A stretch of 59,064 nt of DNA, filler included, from Asterionella formosa (taxonomy: Eukaryota): the NCBI GenBank assembly GCA_002256025.1. It is 4 parts of 4 records of this genome, joined end to end, with 100 filler letters (N's around TTAATTAATTAA, not from the genome) between each part and the next. Parts side by side here need not be neighbours in the genome. Positions count along the whole stretch, not along the records: positions 14,803 to 29,499 come from NKIB01005830.1; positions 29,600 to 44,289 come from NKIB01005832.1; 2 more parts are not named here. One strand, written 5' to 3'. Position numbers and translations under genes: made by a program. The notes under the pieces are model-generated. The model searched no databases and had not been told where the DNA came from. It saw only the letters and a program-made list of their open reading frames with translations. Below are positions 23,686 to 33,259 of this stretch, one piece after another (position 1 is the first letter of the stretch; every line of letters starts with the position of its first letter).

Positions 23686-24449
23686 ATGAAGTTTACCGCA
23701 ACCCTTATCCTTGCTGCACTCAGCAGTGCCGCTGCCTTTGCTCCTTCTGCTTTCGGTAGAGGTACGTCCATCATTAGTCCAGACTCTGACACAAGTCATT
23801 TGAGACGACCCTGGATTAGTTGGTCATTTCCGATTGCAGCGTTGTATCCATCTGTAGTGCCATCTCACGCGTCAGGTCTCGTTCTACCTATACCACAGTC
23901 TCCACTACTTCTCTCGAGGCGACCGTCAATCGCAAACAATTCCTTTCCCAATTCACTGCTGCCACTCTTGCAACCACGATCCTCACTGTTGCACCCAACA
24001 TGGCGTCGGCAGCCAAGTACGGGAGCTTCGGAGCAGATTCTCCGCTTGTGTTGAACCCGACAGATGCCATTATTGATGAAGAAATCTTGAAATCTACTCA
24101 AGTGCAAGACGCATTGGGAAAGATCAAGGCATACCTGAATGGTGTAGTCCAAATGAAAGCTGCCCTGGAGACGGAACCGCAAACGGATGTGGGACCGTAT
24201 TTGCGCAAGGAATTTGACTTTGTGGCACTCCGAACGTCGCTCAATACAGTCAATTCAGCCTTTGATGAAGACACACAACGTGGGACGGATCGTTTGATTC
24301 GAAATATTATGCAAGATATTACGGAATTGGAAACAAGCAATAGACAAAAGCCAGGAGTGCCTAGAAGTGACATTCGATTGAACATTATGAAAGGCAAGCT
24401 CGACAAGTTGGCCAAGGCCTTTGGAGATTATTTGGCGTTTGCATCATAA
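23686..24449 (+). CDS. Thylakoid lumen protein of unknown function (helical, possibly PsbQ-like fold), 2 exons, about 208 aa
   Basis: Exon 1 23686-23761, phase-1 intron 23762-23898 (GTACGT..ACAG), exon 2 23899-24449. The join gives MKFTATLILAALSSAAA-FAPSAFGRVSTTSLEA (ASAFAP), then NRKQFL + hydrophobic stretch + ASA (lumenal signal), then the mature AKYGSFG... sequence. Confidence 0.8.
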
Positions 24450-24834
24450 ACGAGATAATGCAGGAGGGAAGGAATATCTCACTCATTGTGATTCTTAATG
24501 AATGAATGGATGGATACGTATGAATATTACAACCCAAAGTATAATCATAGAAAACAGTTCAATACGCTATTAGTCAAATTTATACAATTAACTTTTACGT
24601 AATATGCGGCAGACATGCAGTATTCATTTAAAGAACCAACTGACTACGAGCACAGCAGGAGGCGCTGAAGAACACCATTTTTTATCATTATATCATCATG
24701 AGGGTGATTCCTAGTGATGCACAAACTCGAGAACCGCCAGCACCAGCACACAATAACCACTGTATAAAGTTAGTGGAGTGGAGTGCTGATTGAATGCAAG
24801 GCTTATCAGAAAGCCATCGCAATGGTCAGAAAAA

Positions 24835-25749
24835 CTACCGTCTATACCCGTCGGAAGCATTCAACATTCCCTTGAACAAAAAGGTATTCACTCTGGAGTT
24901 CATCATTTCTAGGAATACTGGAGATTCCATAAGAATTTTTTGCTCATCCGTTGACTTCTCGGCCCATGGTAAAGGAAGTATACCAGCTGAACAGAATGGG
25001 CTCCAATGTTTTTCCATCACAGATTTTACCAAGTTTGTTTCCGTATCAGTCCATACATATGGAATCGATTCTATCTCATTCAGCATTGATGAGAGGAATG
25101 CAGAAACGGTTTTTGTCAACCCGTAAAGTTCTCCTAGCTGCAGCATGGTTGTGCAATGCTTCAAATGTTCTTGTGATTTGACCATTCCCTCCTTCAAAGA
25201 ATCAAGATAATACTTGCTTTGCATGAGTTCCATTTTAAAGGTGTCGAAACCTAAGATTTTGTCGAGTACAAACCCTTCTAACATTTCGGAATCCGACAGC
25301 GTCATCGATTCCTTTGGGGGGGGGATAGTTGCTGCAATGAAAGCATCACATTCTTCCACACGAGCATTCATCTCGAGACGATGAAACAATGGCAACAACC
25401 TGAATACATTTTCGTTATTGATCTTTTCAGCAACCTTGGTCTCGGGATCAATGAATTTATAAACTTCTCTCCAGTCGTCAGGATCAAGATCGGCAAAAAT
25501 CACTCGTTTCTCGTTTTTCTCAATCATGTCATGGGAGAACATCTTATCAAAGTACTCGCAATTCAAGACCAGAACCAAGGAATAGTGAAGAAATGATGTA
25601 TCGCCAACTTGAACTATAAAGTCCCGCTCCATCGATCGGGCAACCTTGCCTAGCAGAATGGGTGTGTCTTTGTTGCTTTCAACATCGTCGCTCTTTCCCT
25701 TTCGTTTTTCTCCCTTGTTCCCTGCGTCTGTCGTTGGAGTTTTAGCCAT
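24835..25749 (-). CDS. BTB/POZ domain protein
   Basis: Likely ATG at 25749. DFIVQVGDTSFLHYSLVLVLNCEYFDKMFSHDMIEKNEKRVIFADLDPDDWREVYKFI is a BTB fold signature. Confidence 0.8.
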   Translation of the reverse strand: MAKTPTTDAGNKGEKRKGKSDDVESNKDTPILLGKVARSMERDFIVQVGDTSFLHYSLVLVLNCEYFDKMFSHDMIEKNEKRVIFADLDPDDWREVYKFIDPETKVAEKINNENVFRLLPLFHRLEMNARVEECDAFIAATIPPPKESMTLSDSEMLEGFVLDKILGFDTFKMELMQSKYYLDSLKEGMVKSQEHLKHCTTMLQLGELYGLTKTVSAFLSSMLNEIESIPYVWTDTETNLVKSVMEKHWSPFCSAGILPLPWAEKSTDEQKILMESPVFLEMMNSRVNTFLFKGMLNASDGYRR

Positions 25750-26252
25750 TGTTGAGGTCGCAAAGTCCGAGTCGTTTTTGCAATAGCAAGAAGGGACTTG
25801 ATGAGAGGAAATTATGTATATGTTGTTAAAAATACTGCGGCAGGCAAATTCATAGTATGCCAAATTCAATGAGTTGTTAAGCTTGTTGCATTGGACAAGA
25901 TTCAATCAAGCACCTCAAATCCCCATTTTTTTGCTTAGCGGTACTGGATGGATAACTATGTATGGTTACTTCGAATCCCCATTGTTCACGTCAGTCCTCA
26001 CTCATTTGGAATGTGTCAGTCATGTGTGTGGGAACATCGAGAAGCTTGCTTATCAACTAAAATGAGTATTGAAGACTCTCTATTACCGGTCATGCAGAGT
26101 ACCGGTAGCCCTTCATACCAACTACCGGTACTGTATAGATTTTTGGAAGTGTCCATCACGTTCCCAGACCCGGGAGCCGAACCGGTACTTTGTTTCAATT
26201 ATATGCATTTTCTTCCCATGTATTGCTTGCAAGAATAAATGATGTGCGGGTA

Positions 26253-26329
26253 CCTGAAAGGTCTGGTAAAACACGGTGTTTACTTTAGCAAAGGTTCTGC
26301 TAAATAGCTCGCTTTCTGGACCTTGCTGG
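26253..26329. mobile_element. Candidate tiny MITE relic flanked by TA, with imperfect TIRs
   Basis: TA|CCTGAAAGGTCTGGTAAA ... CTTTCTGGACCTTGCTGG|TA. The right end reverse-complements to CCAGCAAGGTCCAGAAAG, which resembles the left end and the ends of the 27882-27989 element. Confidence 0.4.
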
Positions 26330-26704
26330 TACCGGTTACTGGGGCCGGAACCAGGTAGTCAGTCTACTGATGAAGCGTGATATAGATCTAACCGACGAAC
26401 GGGGACGAAAATCCCGGAACGGTCAAATGACATCAATGTGGTAGGAGTAACTGTTACCAGGTACCAGGTATCGTCAACCATGTACTACGGTACCAGGTAA
26501 CCGGTACCAAAATGCTCCAAAAATGAAACATAGTCAGATCTAATTCTAGACTACTTAAACCATTTATCATCTACACCATTATGTTCAGAATAATTTTTAA
26601 ATAGGAGGGGCTCCTAGACAGAGAATTATTGGAGTTTGCGCTTCATGGACTGACCTAGAGGTAGGTTGCAACTATTCTGAAACAGTGGGAGTACGTATTT
26701 ATTC

Positions 26705-27646
26705 TTACTCCCTCTCCATACAAAAATGACTCCGAAGCACATTTTGAATCAGAGTTCTCCCTCTAATCACATCACCATGCGCCGGAATAACAGTCGTTGG
26801 ATTCCATTCTTCCAAAATGTACTTTGCAATTTCTTGGATTTTCGGTTGGTCTTTGACCATAAAATTCATGTAAAAAGGGGCAAATAACTTGTCCATACCT
26901 TGCTTCCACAAGCTACTCCCAATGGGGATCTTGTCTACTGACGGGGCAAGTTCCCAATCTCCAAAGTCGTCTTGTTTGCCAGTCACGCCAACATAGTTAC
27001 TATTGGGGACACCGTCACTTTTTGGATAGTTCCAATACAAGTCCGTTGTCATGAGCGTGGCAGATGGTGAATGAAAAAAGATAACCTCATTAAAAAAGGG
27101 ATCCCCTGTAAATGGATTCACTTCACAATCAACATGAAGCGATTGGATGGTGTTGCCCCACGTTTCGCTGCCATTACTCGAAATTTCTCCAGACCACCTC
27201 ACTTCAGGATGCTTCGCCATCATCCCTGGACATGCCCACATATTCGCCAACGGATACTGGTTGGCCCACTGATTGGCAAATTTGACATGCTCATAATTAG
27301 GTGACACTACATGACGGACAGTCCCAAGTTGCTCCAGTGTTTGGATCAATGGTCCGTCCAACATGACTGGAGAATGCACCCACAAGTCGGGTTTGCTGCC
27401 TTTTTCAGACTCCAACTCAATGACCGTCATTCGACAACCAACGTCAATCTTATTCCAGTAAAATGGTCTATCCGCAGTGTAGACACCAGGGATACTCACA
27501 GGCGTGAGTGTCGTCCCCAGACGATTCGACCACCCCGTCGTGCTGTACGATCCTTTGGTAAGTTGGAGGGAGTTGGCGGATCGAGGCAGGAAAGGAATCT
27601 GGAGCGCTTGACATGATTGTCCATGATAACGTAGGATGGAACAGGC
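26705..27646 (-). CDS. DUF4336-like (metallo-beta-lactamase-like) protein; 5' end unresolved
   Basis: Motifs DVGCRMTVIEL, LWVHSPV, VRHVVSPNYEH, FNEVIFFHSPSATLMTTDLYWN, VIPAHG. The frame stays open upstream of the track ORF to 27646 without an ATG. Confidence 0.75.
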   Translation of the reverse strand, partial: ACSILRYHGQSCQALQIPFLPRSANSLQLTKGSYSTTGWSNRLGTTLTPVSIPGVYTADRPFYWNKIDVGCRMTVIELESEKGSKPDLWVHSPVMLDGPLIQTLEQLGTVRHVVSPNYEHVKFANQWANQYPLANMWACPGMMAKHPEVRWSGEISSNGSETWGNTIQSLHVDCEVNPFTGDPFFNEVIFFHSPSATLMTTDLYWNYPKSDGVPNSNYVGVTGKQDDFGDWELAPSVDKIPIGSSLWKQGMDKLFAPFYMNFMVKDQPKIQEIAKYILEEWNPTTVIPAHGDVIRGRTLIQNVLRSHFCMERE

Positions 27647-27881
27647 TCAGTATTGAAACCAGTGCAACTGGAGAGGTGGTCGGTGTCATCATGGTCAAGG
27701 GAGAAGTGCACAGCTTTTGCTTTATCAGCTCGAGGATTGATTGTACTTTGAGACATGTTGTGTTTGCTTTGCTTGTCCATCAGGGTTTTGTTGAATTTCT
27801 TACCACTGTATTCACTTGGATACCGTAGGATATTCATTATGTAGAAAGCGACTACCGGTACCTTACGAAGGAGCAACGATA

Positions 27882-27989
27882 CCTGTGCAAGTTGCGGTCA
27901 TTTTGCTAAAATCAACAATAACTGGGATAAAGATACCGGTAGTTAAATCTTTAGTTCACCAAATTTACCGCAACTTGCTGGGATCCAGG
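27882..27989. mobile_element. MITE-like element copy B, 108 bp, TA target-site duplication
   Basis: TA|CCTGTGCAAGTTGCGGT ... ACCGCAACTTGCTGGGATCCAGG|TA, with a perfect 12-bp inverted core GCAAGTTGCGGT/ACCGCAACTTGC. Homologous to 15258-15366; a third right-end fragment lies at about 39912-39939. Confidence 0.7.
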
Positions 27990-29155
27990 TACCTGGTACC
28001 CTCGTACGAGGTTACAAGCAAGGAGGAATATGTGATGAAATGACCACTGATCATGATGGCAGATTTTATGGAAATTAGAGATGCACAATTCTTAAATGTG
28101 GTACAGTACATACAAGCAGCTTTGATTTTTTTATAGTAGTTTAACAACAAATCAGACTACGGCTACAAGAATAAAACAAATAATGAGCAAAGAATGTGAA
28201 TTAAGTTATTTTGTCTACTTGCTTTGCTTACAGTTGAGCAATTTGTTTTGAGCCCATTTGTTTAAACTTAAAATATTCTTTCAGTGCTTTAACCCAAAAT
28301 AAAGATTTTACCAGACAGAGAGAAGAAGCAGGGAATGGAGCTCAGCTGCACCTTGCTCCATTGTGGCAATGAGGATATGCAGAAAGACCCAGGGTCAGCC
28401 CAGGAAAAGGAGTTGTTAGAAGGAACCCCATGTCTCATGGGCAAAAGTGCAATTTTTAGTTCATTTAAATGTACTTAAAAATTTTATTGTGAAAAAATAA
28501 CCCAAAATAAAAAGACTTGCAAAGCAACATGGCTGTTGATCCAGACAACAATAGCTACTAGTAGTCTCAGCAAAACACCAAAGATGCAAACTCTTTGTTC
28601 TTTGGCAGGAACCACGGGAGGTTGGGATTGGAGGGCGAAAGCCAGCAAGGCTATATACAAGGGTCGCAAGGGGTAGAGTGACATTCATTTTACTGCCGGC
28701 GCAAAATTCTGTGGGAGACAGTGGCAATGCTAGTTTGTGCTGGCTATACTCCTGCACACACAGCAATAGACCAAATCACATAGTATGGCCAAGTCAAAAA
28801 AGTGTCATACAAAAAAATGCATCTGATATGAGATCATGATCGCACTGGTGGGCATTCACTGCTGTGTGTCTAGATAATTATATTTGAATTTTTAAACTGC
28901 AGTCTCTTTAGTATTGACATTATTTGTTCACAACCTCAATTGTTATAACTTTTTTGTCTAGTACGAGTTCCATAGATTGCACTTTAACATACATTACTAG
29001 TAGTGGTAAAGTTGGGAGGATACAACAAGGGATTTCATTCCATGACACAACTATTGGAGGTGATGGTATTACCCAGTCTATACAGGTATACAATGTATCC
29101 CGAGCTTTGTTGAGGAAAGCGCTACCATGTATTATGTTGAAGTGAGCTCATCTAA

Positions 29156-29195
29156 GTAGTGCACTGGTGGTAGTTAACTAACACCAGTGCACTAC
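29156..29195. repeat. 40-bp near-perfect palindrome
   Basis: GTAGTGCACTGGTG-G-TAGTTAACTA-A-CACCAGTGCACTAC: 14-bp perfect arms and a palindromic centre with one mismatched pair. Confidence 0.9.
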
Positions 29196-29599
29196 ATAGC
29201 TCTATGTAAAACTACATGAATGGTCATAAGGCATGATCATTTGAGAAGGAATCTCTGTACTAAGCTAAACGCAAATTTCTACTGATTTAATATTTCAAAC
29301 AGAATCATGATCGATATTCATAATTAGCACATGAATGTTCCCAGCTCCAGGGGCGGAATTTCTGCAACCCTAAGGGTCGTTCTTATCATTCCGAATTTGC
29401 TGTATCATTTCCGGGTTGTGGGCAAAAAATGACGGTTGGTATCAAAACACGGTATCAGCAACGGTAACTTGATGGTATCAATTTTGTATCATTGATACAN
29501 NNNNNNNNNNNNNNNNNNNNNNNNNNNNNNNNNNNNNNNNNNNTTAATTAATTAANNNNNNNNNNNNNNNNNNNNNNNNNNNNNNNNNNNNNNNNNNNN

Positions 29600-32145
29600 T
29601 TGTAGAGTATGGATAAGGCCGGCGTTCATGGACAGCCCACTTCAGTCCAACAGCATCAAGCTTGTCGACAAACTCCTTCTTCAGTTTATGCTTCATATAT
29701 GCTGACCGTTGTCGGTTTATCCAACGTCCCAAAGCTTTGGAGGGCTTGTCATCAGTTTTGTGGTTTGCAGGAACATTTCCATCCCACTCATTATTTGGGT
29801 CCTCTGCCTTTCTTTCATATACATATTCTAGCAGTGAGTCAAACATAGATTGCCATGATGTAGTGGACAATACCGACCATTTCAAACCAATGTTCTCAAG
29901 CTCCTCTTCACGATCCTTCCTCAGTTTTCCTGCCTGATATAAACTTCTTTGCCGATTGATCCAGCGACCAAGATTCTTATCATCATCATTTTCATTCTCA
30001 GGAATGGGAGTGGGTGTAGCGGGTCCTTTTATTCGATAATTTGTGGGAACATTTCCATCCCACTCGTGGCCATCCTTTGTCCTTTCGGTGACGTAAACAC
30101 GCAATTCATCCATCATGTCCTGCCATGAGTTTGTTGAAAGTACACTCCACTTTAGACCTGCATCAACTAGCTTGACTTCGCGATCAGGTTTTAAACTACC
30201 TTTGTGCTTTGCAGACCTCTGGTTGTTGATCCATCTCCCCAATGCCTTCCCATCTTTGGACTTTGCAACCAAGCATGAGAGAATACCAAGATAAGGAAAA
30301 CAAAAAAAATTCCGCTCTATGAATACTCACCTTGTAAGTGGTTGGGACGTTTCCGTCCCACTCCCATTCCCTTTTGACTTTTTCCGAGGCCCCTTTATTC
30401 TCAATTTCACGTCGAACTTCTACAAACTCAACCAAGCATTCATACATCTCGTCCCATTTCTGACTTGAAGCTTTTGATGTTGTCGACAAAGCGGACACAG
30501 GAGTTGAGGGTGTGTACATGCTTGATGGCGTGAGCATTGGCTCTGGCTTGGGAGTGCATGCATCGTGAGATGTGCCCTTAAACGGAGTTTCAAGCGAGGA
30601 AAATGTCTGTTGAGGCGTTGAGGTCAACTCTGGTCGTTTAGCTCTCTTTTTGATTGGCGGTACAGATGGTTGTCCATCTGGAGGGATATAACCGGCTGCT
30701 GCCCTGGCACGAGCACGAATGGCCTCCATATCGAATTTATTTGTAGGCAGCGGATGCAATGGCGGATAGGAATTCCATGGGTCGCCTGAATGTCTGTTTT
30801 TCTGCAACGGCAACTTACGTGCACTTTTTTTCATAGAATCTGTCCTAAACCTACCAGATGCATCAGAGTGCATGTTCGCAATCGCTGCTAGATCGAGAGC
30901 TGCAGTCGCTGACTCCGCAGCATCAACAGCTGCTTGAACTGCATCATAATCTACAGAAATAGGTCGGGAAGAAGTTGACCAAGATCTCGGTCGTCCTCCT
31001 TCATCAAGTCGAATGTCCGGCAAAGTCGATGTCGTGCTACTTCCGTCGCTCTCTGTGTCTGCTTTTAACATCTCTGATGTGATAGACCCACAAATGCTGC
31101 CTTCCGCTGCTGCTTCTACAGCACCGGCAAGTCCTGCAAGCTGATCGCCAACGTTAGCCATAGCTGCCGCAACAAAGGCGTGGATATCAGAGGAAACTTC
31201 AGCGTCGGCATTAACCTTTGGTCCAGAAAAATTCTCTGACAGTCCCCCAATCGCGAATTTTCTATTCATCAATGTCAGGGAAATTTTGGATGGTATCATT
31301 TCGTTTTCAGAGACCGAGGAGGCTGCAGAATCTGCAGCGGCTGTCAAGTCTTCTAATAAACCAGTATGGTATAATGCAGAATGTGCCAATGCTGCTGCAT
31401 TTTCAGAGCCCATGCCCGACATGGATATATCTGACATTCCACCCCAAGATTCAAAGCGATCTCTTCGAAATGAATGTGACGCCCCCCCTCCCCCAGTTAC
31501 ACCCATGAGAGCCTCCAGCAATATACGTTGATTGCTTGAAGCCATGGTCGCAGCGCTACTCTCCTCCCCATCAGACTTTGCTTTGCCCTCTTCCTTGTTT
31601 AGTTCCAATGAGGCACCATCGTCTCCTAGGGCGTCTAAATGTTCCAAAGCTTGACTCGTCATCAGGGGAAGCCGCGAGTGTGTCTCAGAAGTAATACTTA
31701 TGTTGTCGTTTGAGGGATTGATCTTTAGGTGATCGTCAACGGACCCACCACTTCCTGTTACACTGCCAAGGGGTATTAATCCAAATGCGGACTCATTCTC
31801 AAAGGCTTGAGAATCTAGGGACATGGTCCTCCGTCGATTGTCGTCAAAACAGAAAGACGCCTTCCGCTTGGTCTCGTCACCGAATGTCGAATCAAAAGAG
31901 GCTTTTCGTTTCTTCGGGGGTAATGGCTTGCGTTCCGGTGAGTTCAATCCAACAATACTGCCGCCATCTGTAAATGCTCTGAGTGCCATGGCGGCAGTGT
32001 CATCTGATGCTAGACTTCCCATCAAAGCTTCTGCTTCTGTCGAATCAGTGGATGTCTTCCTTTGTTGCATCAGCTCCTCGCTATTGTTCGAGCCCTGTGA
32101 ATGTTTCCGCTTCTTCCGCGGAAGACAGGCAACAGCGCTAGACAT
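29600..32145 (-). CDS. Helicase-associated (HA) domain repeat protein, putative DNA-binding regulator; 3' end lost in gap
   Basis: Exon 1 32145-30331, phase-0 intron 30330-30261 (GTGAGT..AAG), exon 2 30260 to the gap at 29599. Three HA repeats: W..M...L..Y/F...WDGNVP..Y/H...LGRWIN.QR...L...R/F...L...GLKW. Low-complexity N-terminus with NLS-like PRKKRK and PPKKRK. Confidence 0.82.
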
Positions 32146-33259
32146 TATTGCTGGCGACAACCGAGTAGAGGCAATGCACTCCAATCCCTGCTTAAATATT
32201 CCTTCGATGCACACCAATTAATAAAAGTGAACTGGTTGCTTCGACTTCCCCACCAGATTCAATCAATCGACACCAGCTTCCTTGCTTCGCTTTAGGAGGT
32301 ACAGTAACGATCACACGAATCTCAAATTGTTCTCCTGCTAGTCTCGAAAGCTTCTAGCCAAGGGCTCGTATCTCCGAGCTTCCCTCGACTGAGCACTGCC
32401 TGGGTGAGCGACAGCGAGCGTTAGTGAAACCAATGGAATGCTGATGAGCGAGTTCAAGCGCGCAGCATGAGGGTGACTCCGTCGGCAGAAATTCGGTGGA
32501 GGAGCGATGGCACGACACGATGGAGAGTGATGCAGCTTACGAAAGATAGTGTATTGTATTATAATTTATTTTATTAAAAAACTTGTATGCATATATGTAC
32601 CGGGTATTTTGTAGATGCATGAAAGGCAACTACCGGTACGCGAATGATGATTGGAGAGACAGAAATAAATAAATGGCTCACTCTGCAGCGGAATCTAGAA
32701 TCTACAATGTTGTATTGTGAAGTTTTGTTGTCGTGTCGACTACAGCAACAACGATGCAGCATGAGGAATGAATGAACCAACATCATTATCACGCTACCTG
32801 GTGGTATGCTACTGTCTCATCATTGGCAAATAAATTTGAAGTACACTCTAACTGAAACTCGAATATATTGGAGAACATGGACCCCAAAGGAATGATGAGC
32901 AAGGGTAAGTCAATTGTGGGACCCAAAGGGGTGGTTGCATGCTGGGAAACCAACAATGGAAAAGGGGAGGGGGAGCTCTGTTGTAGTCAGTAACACTGAA
33001 GAAATCACTTTCTATGAGCTCCCAATTTGATTAAGAAGTAAAAGCTATATATCATAGTCTGCATGGTACTCTCGACCATATGATACTAGCAGAAAGCGAG
33101 GCCATGTACGTAACCACCCTCGCAACAAAATGAACCCCTTCATTTTTGGTACATGCGGACTAATAAATAGCAAACGAGAGATAACATCAAAGTCACAAAG
33201 TAAAAGACAAAATTGGAAATGTGATATTCATGTACTTGACGTTTACTACCTCGTTGTGA

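Noticed and set aside
23686..24449. Naming the lumenal protein PsbQ' or Psb31
   Set aside because: The mature sequence does not match my recollection of either diatom protein; left unnamed.
26367..26410. CTGATGA...GAAA resembling a hammerhead ribozyme core
   Set aside because: Stem II does not close and no convincing stems I and III were found.
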